Positions 19,514-28,660 of a DNA stretch of 64,000 nt are shown piece after piece; positions within the stretch are counted from its first letter, which is position 1; every line of letters begins with the position of its first letter. The position numbers were made by a program, and so were the translations under genes. The DNA lies in contig CAXXGI010000001.1 in the NCBI GenBank assembly GCA_963674695.2, positions 640,001 through 704,000 of the forward strand. Direction: 5' to 3'. The notes beneath the pieces are model-generated. The model worked only from the letters and a program-made list of their open reading frames with translations, was not told the origin of the DNA and ran no database searches. The stretch is from a bacterium. Its GTDB lineage: Bacteria > UBA10199 > 2-02-FULL-44-16 > JAAZCA01.

Positions 19514-21550
19514 ATGAAACATTCCTATCATCAGAGAGGCGCGTTCACCCTTGTGGTCATGATGGCCAGCTGCATCCTCTTCTGGCTCTCCTGCGGAGGG
19601 GGGAGCAGCGCAACCAGTCCCGCAGCTGCGGAGCCCGCAGACGAACCCACCGAAATCACGGAAACAGCGACCGTCGAGATGACGGTCGGCGGCACGGCGG
19701 TTCTGCCCGTGGCAGCGGCGGCATCGGTGAGCACCAAAACCTTCGGCTTCAGTGACATCATGATGTCGGTCCTCGACGGCGAGACCGAGCTCGCCTCCTG
19801 TGCAATCGCCTCCGATGGCGTCTTTGCCTGCGACATCACCGATGCGTCGCTCGTGCCGGCAGCGGGAACCGTCCTCTGTCTCTCCGCGAGGGACACCGCC
19901 GGAAGTGGCGTCCTCGAGGCGCGCTGCACCATGACGGCGGAGGCGAGCACACTCGACTGCGGAGAAGTCAACGCCGCAACGACGCTGTCGCTTTGGAGTC
20001 TTGAGCGTGCCGAAACGGTTGCCGCGGCCTCAATCGCTCCATCGCTGAGCAGCGCCAATCAGGATCAACTCTACGATGCCCTGATTACCATCTTCGGCAT
20101 GGAGCTCACCGACCTGAGCAATGTCAATCCCGACATGTTCGCGGTCGATCTCTTCACGATCTATCAGGCCTATGTCGCCGCCGTCGAGGCGGGATCGGTC
20201 GATGGCAGCACCATCATCGCCAATACCGATCTCGATGTGCTCATGTCGTTTCTCGCGACAAACTTCGAGGCGATCGCCGAAGGGGCCGATGACGTCGATG
20301 GGATCATGATCGCGCTGATCGGTCTGGAACCGGATCTACTCGGCACAGACGGTGCGGAATTCTTTCTCCAAATCATCGCCGAAACGAAAGCCGCCGGCGG
20401 TGACGTTCCGAGCACCATCATGGGAATTGGAGGGATGATCCCCCTCAGCCTCGGGATGGGACTCTCGTCAACGGCAAGCGAGCTGTTCGGTCAATTCTCC
20501 GACACCCTGCGGCCAAAGATTATTCGCGGGCTCTCGCGCTGCGATGACACCTGTACGCTGACGGCGAATGCAACCTTTTCCGACTTCGAGACCTGCATCC
20601 GTGGCACACGCGTTCTGGGCATGATCAGTTTCGTGATGTTCGGGATATCAATGGAGGACTATGAATACGATGCTGTGTACGCCGATCAAATGGCGGACAT
20701 CGGTGACGATGTGCTCCTGTGCACCCTCCAGAACTGTGGGGACATTGATCTCGCTGCTCTATTTCAAGGAGGACAGGGTATCAGCTCCATATCTGCACCT
20801 GTCGGAGTCAATTTCAGCAGCAGCCCTGGCGGCGGCATATCGGATATCGTCGATTCGGCTGGGGACATCGGGGCCCTTGTGCCCGTGGCCTGTGCCGCTT
20901 GCTTCGACGCCTGCATGGAAATCAACCCGGATGGCGAAGATGAATGCGGGACCCTCTGGATCTACGGCATGATGGAAGTCACCGACTGGATCATCATAGA
21001 TTATCTCGGCCAGCAAGAATACAGCGAAGGTGGCGACGACGACGATGACGATGGCATCGCAAACCTCTCCGGAAACTGGGGGGCACGCACGGGAGAAAAC
21101 AATACTTCCTGGAGCGAATGTGGAGTCTCAAACACCCCCAGCTCAGACACGTACCCCCTTCCGACATATTTGGGCACCGAAATTGTCGTCGTACACAATG
21201 AGACGGGCAACGGAACGCTCGCTATGACTGCAGGCGGGACCAATATCTGGGCGGACACCTTCATGTCCAATGATGTGATGGAGCTCTACCCAATCCAAGA
21301 CAACGATTCAAAACCCCTTGCCTCGGAACCGAACGATGGCCAGGATCCTACATACGACTCGAGACACATCATCGCCTGTGGTGACGGTGACGATGCCTGC
21401 AGTACACTGAATTTGGGGATAGGGGAAAAAGGTTGTCGACTGGAAGTTGTCGTCGACAACGATACCCCATTTCTCAAGATCGGCTGTGAAGTCGATGTCG
21501 GAAGTGGCACCGAGAATTGCGTGAAATACTTGGAGCAATCATCCTCGTGA
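19514..21550 (+). CDS. hypothetical acidic, Cys-rich lipoprotein
   Basis: 678-aa ORF with a hydrophobic stretch ending WLSC-GGG, many paired Cys and an RBS; followed by a terminator. Confidence 0.75.
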   Translation: MKHSYHQRGAFTLVVMMASCILFWLSCGGGSSATSPAAAEPADEPTEITETATVEMTVGGTAVLPVAAAASVSTKTFGFSDIMMSVLDGETELASCAIASDGVFACDITDASLVPAAGTVLCLSARDTAGSGVLEARCTMTAEASTLDCGEVNAATTLSLWSLERAETVAAASIAPSLSSANQDQLYDALITIFGMELTDLSNVNPDMFAVDLFTIYQAYVAAVEAGSVDGSTIIANTDLDVLMSFLATNFEAIAEGADDVDGIMIALIGLEPDLLGTDGAEFFLQIIAETKAAGGDVPSTIMGIGGMIPLSLGMGLSSTASELFGQFSDTLRPKIIRGLSRCDDTCTLTANATFSDFETCIRGTRVLGMISFVMFGISMEDYEYDAVYADQMADIGDDVLLCTLQNCGDIDLAALFQGGQGISSISAPVGVNFSSSPGGGISDIVDSAGDIGALVPVACAACFDACMEINPDGEDECGTLWIYGMMEVTDWIIIDYLGQQEYSEGGDDDDDDGIANLSGNWGARTGENNTSWSECGVSNTPSSDTYPLPTYLGTEIVVVHNETGNGTLAMTAGGTNIWADTFMSNDVMELYPIQDNDSKPLASEPNDGQDPTYDSRHIIACGDGDDACSTLNLGIGEKGCRLEVVVDNDTPFLKIGCEVDVGSGTENCVKYLEQSSS

Positions 21551-21563
21551 TCCTTTGCCCCAA

Positions 21564-21599
21564 CAAAAAACGCCCCGCAGATGCGGGGCGTTTTTTTTG
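21564..21599. terminator. bidirectional intrinsic terminator
   Basis: CAAAAAACGCCCCGCA-GA-TGCGGGGCGTTTTTTTTG between convergent genes. Confidence 0.9.
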
Positions 21600-21614
21600 C
21601 ATCACCAATGACGA

Positions 21615-22070
21615 TCAGTTCTCCTTCAAAAACATCTCGTCGTAGTCCACCTCGAAGCGCAGCTTGTGCCGGGCCTCCTCCTGCGCGAGTTCCCGGAAGA
21701 GCTTCTGCACCGCTGCATCCTCGGCGCGTGCAGCGAGGTCGGAGTAGAGGCGAAAGGCAGCCTTCTCCTTCTTCATCGCGACGATATAGACATCCTGCAG
21801 GTCCATGTTGTCGGAGACCTCAGCCTCGATGAGATAGTCGGCAAGGTTGATCGCAGGCCCCTTTGCAGCAGAGAGCGTGAAAGCACCCCCCTGTTTCACC
21901 CCTTCGAGTCGACGCTTGTGCCCTTCCTCCTCAGCGGCGAACCCCAGAATCACCTCACCGATCGCTTTGTTCTGCACGCGATCCGCCAAGGCTTGGTAGA
22001 AATAAACTGCGGCAGCCTCCTCGCGAATAGCGAAGTCGAGGACCGCGTCGATTGAATTCGATGGAGCCAT
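21615..22070 (-). CDS. rubrerythrin/ferritin-like di-iron protein
   Basis: Two E..A..FY/LY...EE..H repeats (EEEGHK, EEARHK). Confidence 0.9.
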   Translation of the reverse strand: MAPSNSIDAVLDFAIREEAAAVYFYQALADRVQNKAIGEVILGFAAEEEGHKRRLEGVKQGGAFTLSAAKGPAINLADYLIEAEVSDNMDLQDVYIVAMKKEKAAFRLYSDLAARAEDAAVQKLFRELAQEEARHKLRFEVDYDEMFLKEN

Positions 22071-22082
22071 AATCTTCCTCCT

Positions 22083-23777
22083 TCATTCGGCATTGAGCTT
22101 CCAGGAATAGGCAAACTTCTGGATCAAATCGACGGGGATCCCTTCGAGTTTTTCGAGCACCACCTTCATCTCCGGGCGAATCTCCTCGTAGCGTTCGACG
22201 AAGGCCTTGGCCGCCTTGTAGTCACCGGTTGCCTCGATCGCGAGGAGTTCTCCAGCAAGGTCGCGCGCGGCGTCGGTGATGCGGTCGCGATCGATGCCGA
22301 AGGTCTTCGTCTTGGCATCATAAATGATGGCCCCCTTGTCGAACAGGTAATTGAACTGAATGATATTGGCCTTGCCATGCGCCCCGTGCACGCCAAAGCG
22401 CACCGAGCGAAAGATCGAGGCGAGATAGGTCGGCCAGAGCACCCGCTCGAAGTTCTCCGGATAGATGCCAATCTTGGCCAGATAGGAACGCAGATACGCC
22501 CCGAGCGTGTCGGCCTTGCACTCTTCGATAAAGGAGTAGACCTCCTTGAGCTGTCGGCGCACGTCGGTCTTTCGCCCATGTACGACGATCTCGCCCGGGC
22601 CTAAGCCGTGACTCACCTCATGCATCACCGTGTGCGAAAAGAAGGCATCGGGATCGATGTCCTTGGCGTCCGCAGCGTTCAGCACGCGTTTGGCGATCGG
22701 CGTGAGGATCTTGTCGAACTTCGCCGTCATCACGTTCTTCATCATGACGTTCTTGCTGCCGGCGGTCTTGCGCAAAAACTCCTGATTGGGCAGGTTGAAC
22801 GCCATGGTCTTGATGCCGGAATTGCCATCGCCGGTCGCATAGAGCAGGTGCGCGATGACCAGTTGCGACTTGAGCTTCTTCTCCTTGCCCCGATACTTCT
22901 CCGGAACCGGCAGCTGCTGCTGCATCGCCTTGAGGTTCTCCGCCGACGTAATCTTGGCCAAACGCGCGCTCTCCTCCGGATCGACGTAGAGCACATAGGA
23001 TTGATAGGAGGCCTTATAGCCGAAGAGCTCGTCCTCATAGGTCTCGATCGGACCGATCACGACGTCGATCCCTTCGTGATCGAGGCCCAACCAATCGGTC
23101 TGGCTGGGCACATAGTAGTTCGTGCGAAAGGCCTGCGCGCGACTCTTGAGATATTTTTTTAGCTTCGCATTCGTCGCCAAATCGGAAGCCCGATCGAGAT
23201 GCGCCGCCGCCGGTTCGAGAAACGCCTTGTACGCCTCGGTAAAGGGAATGGACTCGAGCGACTTTCCATCCGTGCCATAACGGATGATGCTGTATTCGCT
23301 CTCGAAGGCATCGCGATCCTTCGGATGTTTTTTGACCCAACGCTCGAACGCCTCCTTGCTCATCGCTTCCGGATAGAAGTTGGCCCCCTTCGGACGCGGA
23401 CCGACCCCATCGATGAACGGTTTATTCTCATCGAGTTGATCGAACGGCCCAAAATTCAATGTAAAATAGTCCAGCAGCGCCCGATCCTTCCCCTTCGCCT
23501 TCTGCAAGCGCTCGTAGAGATCGACGTTTCTGGCCCAGATCTGCCGGAGCAGAATCGGATTCATATAGCGCGCAGCAGCGATCAATTCATTGAGGACCGC
23601 CTTCTCTTCAGCGGTGACCAATTTTTTAAGCCTCGCCGGCAACGCGATCGTGACGGGAACGAACTTCTTCATCTGCATCTTGGCCTCCTTGGTATCGCCC
23701 GTGGGGGCAGCGGCGCCGGCACTGCTCGCCGCGATGATTATCGCTCCAGCGCATACAAATAAGAATAGTCGTTTCAT
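22083..23777 (-). CDS. exported dipeptidyl-peptidase III (M49) family protein
   Basis: Signal peptide MKRLFLF...AGA; GPIETYED, HEVSHG and EECKAD motifs; GGAGG RBS. Confidence 0.88.
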   Translation of the reverse strand: MKRLFLFVCAGAIIIAASSAGAAAPTGDTKEAKMQMKKFVPVTIALPARLKKLVTAEEKAVLNELIAAARYMNPILLRQIWARNVDLYERLQKAKGKDRALLDYFTLNFGPFDQLDENKPFIDGVGPRPKGANFYPEAMSKEAFERWVKKHPKDRDAFESEYSIIRYGTDGKSLESIPFTEAYKAFLEPAAAHLDRASDLATNAKLKKYLKSRAQAFRTNYYVPSQTDWLGLDHEGIDVVIGPIETYEDELFGYKASYQSYVLYVDPEESARLAKITSAENLKAMQQQLPVPEKYRGKEKKLKSQLVIAHLLYATGDGNSGIKTMAFNLPNQEFLRKTAGSKNVMMKNVMTAKFDKILTPIAKRVLNAADAKDIDPDAFFSHTVMHEVSHGLGPGEIVVHGRKTDVRRQLKEVYSFIEECKADTLGAYLRSYLAKIGIYPENFERVLWPTYLASIFRSVRFGVHGAHGKANIIQFNYLFDKGAIIYDAKTKTFGIDRDRITDAARDLAGELLAIEATGDYKAAKAFVERYEEIRPEMKVVLEKLEGIPVDLIQKFAYSWKLNAE

Positions 23778-23960
23778 CTCGAACCTCCGCAGTCGAAAGA
23801 AAGGTTTGCTACCGTATCCCCAGAGGATGGGCAAAATCAAGGACTTTGGTCTGAATCTCACCTCTATCATCTTCGACCGCAGACAGCTATTTTTCGGGCG
23901 CTTCCCCTTGATTTCCAATGCGATCGATGGCAGGTAAGCGCCCAACGAAAAGGAGATCTC

Positions 23961-24410
23961 ATGAAGCGTCGAATCGTACCTATCTTTCTCTTGGCCGCGC
24001 TGCTGGCCATCGCCTCCATTGGCTGTTCCCGCGAATTCTGTTCCCGCTGCGGAACCGTGGTGAGAACCGTCACCTTGCGCGACGTCACCTTCGCCTTCAA
24101 CAAAGCGACACTCAAGCCGGAGGCGAAGCACATCCTCGATTCAAACCTCGGGCTCATCGCCGATGATCCCACGCTCGACCTCTCGATTGAAGGCCATACC
24201 GACATCGTGGGATCGGATGTCTACAATATGAAGCTTTCGGAGCGCCGAGCCCAGTCGGTCTACAATTACCTCCTGTCCAAGGGGGTTGCGGCGAAACGTA
24301 TGCGCACCGTCGGATTCGGCCGCACCCGCCCGCTCGTTCCGAACGATACGCCGGCCAACCGCTCGCTCAATCGCCGGGTCGAGATCAAGTTTATCAAGGC
24401 CAGACCGTGA
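23961..24410 (+). CDS. OmpA-family lipoprotein
   Basis: Lipobox SIGC; FAFNK, EGHTD, N..LSERRA and NRRVE motifs. Confidence 0.93.
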   Translation: MKRRIVPIFLLAALLAIASIGCSREFCSRCGTVVRTVTLRDVTFAFNKATLKPEAKHILDSNLGLIADDPTLDLSIEGHTDIVGSDVYNMKLSERRAQSVYNYLLSKGVAAKRMRTVGFGRTRPLVPNDTPANRSLNRRVEIKFIKARP

Positions 24411-24483
24411 TCCGTAATCCGTAATCCGTGAACAGCAATCAAAACCGTGCTATAGTTCCGCTTCACCGTTTACGGGGGTCACC

Positions 24484-25989
24484 ATGAACAAGCACTACGA
24501 AGAGCTCGCCGCGCGTATGCGCGAGACCATGATGCTGGCGAGCGCGGCGGGCGTGCTCGCCTGGGATCAGGAGACCAAGATGCCCGAGCGCGCATCGGGC
24601 ATGCGCGCCGAACAGATGGCTACGCTCTCCGGCATCATTCACGACAAACTGATCGATCCTCAAAACGACAAACTACTGGCCGCCCTGGAACGAACCCGGA
24701 AGGGGCTCACCCCTTCGCAGCGCATCTGCGTGCGCGAGTGGCGTCACGACTACGACCGCAGCACGAAGCTCCCCCGCGACCTCATCGAGGAGCTCGCGCG
24801 CACGTCGACGCTCGCACAGAGCGCATGGATCAAGGCGCGCGCAGCCGACGACTTCTCGCTCTTCGCACCGTGGTTGAAAAAGACCTTCGCCCTCAAGCGC
24901 CGACAGGCCGAGGCAGTCGGCTACAGCGGGCATCCCTACGACGCCCTGCTCGACGACTATGAACCGGGCATGACGGTGGCCGCACTCGATCCGGTGATCG
25001 CAAACCTGCGCGAAGGACTCGTTCCGATCGTCGAGCGCATCCGCCGATCCAAGACACGCGTCGACGCCTCCTGCCTGACCCGACGTTATCCGGAGGATGA
25101 GCAAGAGGCCCTCTGCACGGAGGTCGCACAGGCCCTCGGCGTTGATTTCACCGCAAGCCGGCTGGATCGATCGGCGCACCCCTTCATGATCGGCATCGCG
25201 CCTACCGATGTGCGGATCACGACGCGTTTCAACGAACGCTTCCTGCCGCAGGCGCTCTTCGGCGTCATCCACGAATCGGGGCACGCCCTCTATGAACAGG
25301 GGCTTCCGGAAAAGGCCTTCGGCACGCCGCTGGGCGAGGCGGTCTCCACCAGCATGCACGAATCGCAGTCGCGCTTTTGGGAGAACATGGTCGGACGCAC
25401 ACGACCCTTCGCCGGATGGCTCCTGCCGAAGCTGCGACGACACTTCCCCCAATCGCTCAAGGGGGTCTCCGCCGATGCGTTCTATCGCGCGCTCAGTCGA
25501 GTGCGCGCGACCCCCATCCGCGTGGAAGCGGACGAGGTCACCTATAACCTGCACATCTGCCTGCGCTATGAGATCGAGAAGGAACTCGTCGCCGACACCA
25601 TCCGCGTCAGCGATCTGCCGCGCATCTGGAACGAGCGCATGCAGGCGATGGTCGGGGTCCGCCCGAAGAACGATGCGCAAGGGGTCTTGCAGGACATCCA
25701 CTGGGCGCATGGAATGATCGGCTATTTCCCGACCTATCTGCTCGGCAACCTCTACAGCGCGCAGCTGCGCCATACGATACGGCGCACCATCCCGGAGATG
25801 GACGCGCTCGTCGCCAAGGGCGAGTTCGCCCCGATCCTTCAATGGCTGCGCACAAAGATCCATCGCCACGCCCGGCGCTTTCCGGCCGCCGAACTCATCC
25901 GACGCGCAACCGGCAAACCGCTTGATGCCCGCTTCTTTCTGGAGTACGTGAAGGAGAAGTACGGCCCGATCTACAAGATCACGTGGTAG
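24484..25989 (+). CDS. carboxypeptidase M32 (Taq family)
   Basis: HPF, DVRITT, HESGH, HESQ, IRVEAD, QDIHW and GYFPTY motifs. Confidence 0.95.
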   Translation: MNKHYEELAARMRETMMLASAAGVLAWDQETKMPERASGMRAEQMATLSGIIHDKLIDPQNDKLLAALERTRKGLTPSQRICVREWRHDYDRSTKLPRDLIEELARTSTLAQSAWIKARAADDFSLFAPWLKKTFALKRRQAEAVGYSGHPYDALLDDYEPGMTVAALDPVIANLREGLVPIVERIRRSKTRVDASCLTRRYPEDEQEALCTEVAQALGVDFTASRLDRSAHPFMIGIAPTDVRITTRFNERFLPQALFGVIHESGHALYEQGLPEKAFGTPLGEAVSTSMHESQSRFWENMVGRTRPFAGWLLPKLRRHFPQSLKGVSADAFYRALSRVRATPIRVEADEVTYNLHICLRYEIEKELVADTIRVSDLPRIWNERMQAMVGVRPKNDAQGVLQDIHWAHGMIGYFPTYLLGNLYSAQLRHTIRRTIPEMDALVAKGEFAPILQWLRTKIHRHARRFPAAELIRRATGKPLDARFFLEYVKEKYGPIYKITW

Positions 25990-25998
25990 GAGGTCGCT

Positions 25999-26757
25999 AT
26001 GCGTCGACCCATCTCGCTCCTCGTCGCTTCCTTTTTTTTCGCCTCGATCTTCCTCTGTTTTTTCAACGGCGGCTACGGCAGCCGCGGCCCTTCGCGCCAA
26101 AAGTTCAGACGCCTGGGCGAGAGCACGGAGGAGATCACCGAGATCGAGCAGGTAAAACGAACCGATCATCTCGCCGACATTCGCACCGACAAACGCCTGA
26201 TCGCGTGGGAGGCCTGGTGGAAGCGCTGTGAACCACGATTTTCCCTGGCCACCCTGGAAGAGATCGTTCGCGTCACCTTGGACGACGAGATGCTGCCGCC
26301 CCTGCCGGAAGGCGAATCCCGAAAAGGCGTGGGCAAAATCTTCTATCAGCGCGCGCCGGGCGGAAAACACTATCTCAACCCCTACTGGGGTCGCCTGCGC
26401 TACACCAAGGTTCCCGATGGCTGGCAGCCGCGCATCGAGGTCTCCTGCGGCGCACTTCTGGAGACACCCGCGAAAAAAACACGCCAGGTGATCCTGCGCT
26501 GCACGGCCACCGATGGCATCGACGGCGCCTTCTGGATCGACAAAAATCGCGCCGCAATCATGGGATATGAAACGGTGAGTCTACCGGGCGATGAGGAGTG
26601 CGGAGAAGAAGAGGGCTGCATCGCCCCCACCGTCTGGGTCGCCGACATCTCCACCGGATTTCTCACGCAGTATCGCGGACTCGCCTTCGACCGCACAAAG
26701 TGCCGCCTCAGCGATTACCTGAAAAAATCCCTGCCGAAGTTTTTTGGGGAAAAATAA
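25999..26757 (+). CDS. hypothetical membrane-anchored/exported protein
   Basis: AGGAGG RBS and an N-terminal hydrophobic helix; 9 bp after the M32 gene. Confidence 0.7.
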   Translation: MRRPISLLVASFFFASIFLCFFNGGYGSRGPSRQKFRRLGESTEEITEIEQVKRTDHLADIRTDKRLIAWEAWWKRCEPRFSLATLEEIVRVTLDDEMLPPLPEGESRKGVGKIFYQRAPGGKHYLNPYWGRLRYTKVPDGWQPRIEVSCGALLETPAKKTRQVILRCTATDGIDGAFWIDKNRAAIMGYETVSLPGDEECGEEEGCIAPTVWVADISTGFLTQYRGLAFDRTKCRLSDYLKKSLPKFFGEK

Positions 26758-26772
26758 CGACCGGAAACCATT

Positions 26773-26871
26773 GCCACGGCCGTTGCGCCGCGAGGCGATC
26801 ATCGGAACCATTTTTACAGGATCATCGGAAAAATGGTTCCGATGATCCCCGGGAGGCGCCATGGCCGTTGC
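26773..26871. repeat. 19-bp perfect inverted repeat with an internal third copy, flanked by 14-bp direct repeats
   Basis: GATCATCGGAACCATTTTT (26797-26815) and AAAAATGGTTCCGATGATC (26829-26847); GATCATCGGAA again at 26820-26830; GCCAYGGCCGTTGC at 26773 and 26858. Confidence 0.8.
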
Positions 26872-26875
26872 TGGT

Positions 26876-27133
26876 TTACTTTCCACAACGTGATTTGAGG
26901 TATCCTTCGATGATCTCGCGACCCTTGGGCGTGTCGATCAGGTCGGTAAAACCTTGCAGGCGGAGATCGCACATCAGCGCGTTCCATTCCCCTTCGTTCC
27001 AGCCCTCGCGTCCATTCACCCAGCGGTCGAGCTCGCGCTTGAGCGCCTCGTTGTCGGAGGCGGCCACGCGAATCGGCGCTCCGCGTTTGACGCGCCGCCG
27101 CGCCATGATGCTTGTCGGTCGATCCGCACTCAT
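26876..27133 (-). CDS. small hypothetical protein with basic N-terminus (possible ParA partner)
   Basis: ATGA overlap with the ParA stop; MARRRVKR basic patch. Confidence 0.7.
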   Translation of the reverse strand: MSADRPTSIMARRRVKRGAPIRVAASDNEALKRELDRWVNGREGWNEGEWNALMCDLRLQGFTDLIDTPKGREIIEGYLKSRCGK

Positions 27134-27954
27134 CCGATGCTCCCTCCATCCGGGTTGGTCGCCAACGCGAGATTCTTGAGCTGATCGATGCCCCCCACGA
27201 TGCGGGTGAGCATCTCCTCGGTGAGCGCCTTGTAATCAGCTGCGCCGTTCGAGTTGCACGCATAGCTGAAGATCGGTTCGCCGTGGCTGGCCGACTCCTT
27301 GAGCCGCACGTTCTGCCGGATGACCGTATCGAGCATCATCTCATCGAAGTACCCGCGCATGTCCTCGAGGACCTCGCGCGAGAAGGTCGTGCGGCCATCA
27401 TACATCGTGGCCACGGCAAAGACGCGCAGTGCGTGCTGCATGCGGACCTCCTGCACGATTTCCAACATGCGACTCACGCCGTGCAATGCCAGAAAGCTCG
27501 TCTCGATAGTGAGCAGCACCGCGTTGGCCGCCATGAGCGCATTGCGCGTGAGCACGCCGAGGGTGGGAGGACAGTCGATGACGGCAAAATCGTATGCGTT
27601 GCTGCACTGCTCGAGCGTCGCCTGCAACCGCCCGTATCGATTGGGCTGAACGGAGAGGCGGGCTTCATCTTCGTGCGAAATGCCCTCGCCCGGAAGGAGC
27701 GAGAGGTTCGTGAAGATCGGAACGAGCAGGTCCTTGACCGAGCCCGACGGCGTACGCGTCTCGAGCATCGTGTCGAGAACGGAACCGACCGCGTTGCGGT
27801 CTTCGATCCGCAGGAAGGTAGAAGCCTGCGCCTGCGGATCCAGGTCGATGAGCAACACCCGGAACCCCTTCATCGTCAGCCCTGCCGAGAAGTTCACCGC
27901 CGTCGTCGTCTTGCCCGACCCGCCCTTCTGATTGGCTACGGCTATCGTGTACAT
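27130..27954 (-). CDS. ParA/Soj-family ATPase
   Basis: NQKGGSGKTT deviant Walker A, IDLDPQ and IDCPP motifs; AAGGAGG RBS. Confidence 0.93.
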   Translation of the reverse strand: MYTIAVANQKGGSGKTTTAVNFSAGLTMKGFRVLLIDLDPQAQASTFLRIEDRNAVGSVLDTMLETRTPSGSVKDLLVPIFTNLSLLPGEGISHEDEARLSVQPNRYGRLQATLEQCSNAYDFAVIDCPPTLGVLTRNALMAANAVLLTIETSFLALHGVSRMLEIVQEVRMQHALRVFAVATMYDGRTTFSREVLEDMRGYFDEMMLDTVIRQNVRLKESASHGEPIFSYACNSNGAADYKALTEEMLTRIVGGIDQLKNLALATNPDGGSIG

Positions 27955-27976
27955 GGGTTCCTCCTTCTGCGGTTCC

Positions 27977-28648
27977 TCAATCGAACGCGCTGGCGTGGGC
28001 GATCTCCGTCACATCGTCCTCGTCCACAAACCCCTCGGGGGTTGGACGAAAGAAATCAGCGATCTCCTCTTCGGTCAACACCGAACGCATGACCCGCTGA
28101 GGTGCCGCCATTTCGGGCATGAGCGCGCCCTCCCCCTTCGGCGCACCCCCATCGCCCAGCCGATCGACGACCAGCCAGGGTTCTCCCTGCAGCTCGACCG
28201 CCGTATAGGTAAAGACCGCGATCCCCGGCGTACGCACGCGCATGAGGATGGCGCGGGCCTCGGCCGTGACCGTCTCCGTGACATGCCAGATCTGGGGGCT
28301 GAGCTCGGGTTTGTCGTGCCGATAGAGATGCGCGAGCAGGCGAAGATTTGCACACGCCCAATCCTGCTGCAGAAAGGAGTGACTCATCCCCTGCGCATCG
28401 AGTCGTTTATGAACGGCGATGAAGTGGAGCTGGCCGGCAGCATCGATGGCGACCGCATCGACTTCGCCCGCATCGCCGATGGGCAGCCGCTCATCCAGGA
28501 TGCGCAGCCCTCCCCCGAGGGATTCGATCTGCTCGGCGATGACCGCGCGAACCTCATCGATGGTCGGAGCGATGGAAACGTGAGACGCACAGAGATGCCA
28601 AGCGTGTCTCTGCTGGAGATTCATGCGCTGGGGATGAACGAGCCGCAT
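27977..28648 (-). CDS. hypothetical protein with a degenerate NucS-like PD-(D/E)XK fold
   Basis: GLRILDERLPIGDAGEVDAVAIDAAGQLHFIAV lacks the expected ExK; in operon. Start uncertain. Confidence 0.6.
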   Translation of the reverse strand: MRLVHPQRMNLQQRHAWHLCASHVSIAPTIDEVRAVIAEQIESLGGGLRILDERLPIGDAGEVDAVAIDAAGQLHFIAVHKRLDAQGMSHSFLQQDWACANLRLLAHLYRHDKPELSPQIWHVTETVTAEARAILMRVRTPGIAVFTYTAVELQGEPWLVVDRLGDGGAPKGEGALMPEMAAPQRVMRSVLTEEEIADFFRPTPEGFVDEDDVTEIAHASAFD

Positions 28649-28660
28649 GCTCTGGTCCTA

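Noticed and set aside
19514-19570. Prepilin-like RGAFTLVV at the start of the lipoprotein
   Set aside because: There is no Gly directly before Phe and no Glu at +5; a lipobox explains the N-terminus better.
24405-24431. Short tandem heptamers CCGT(G/A)AT after the OmpA-family gene
   Set aside because: Only about four units with no spacers; a simple repeat, not a CRISPR array.
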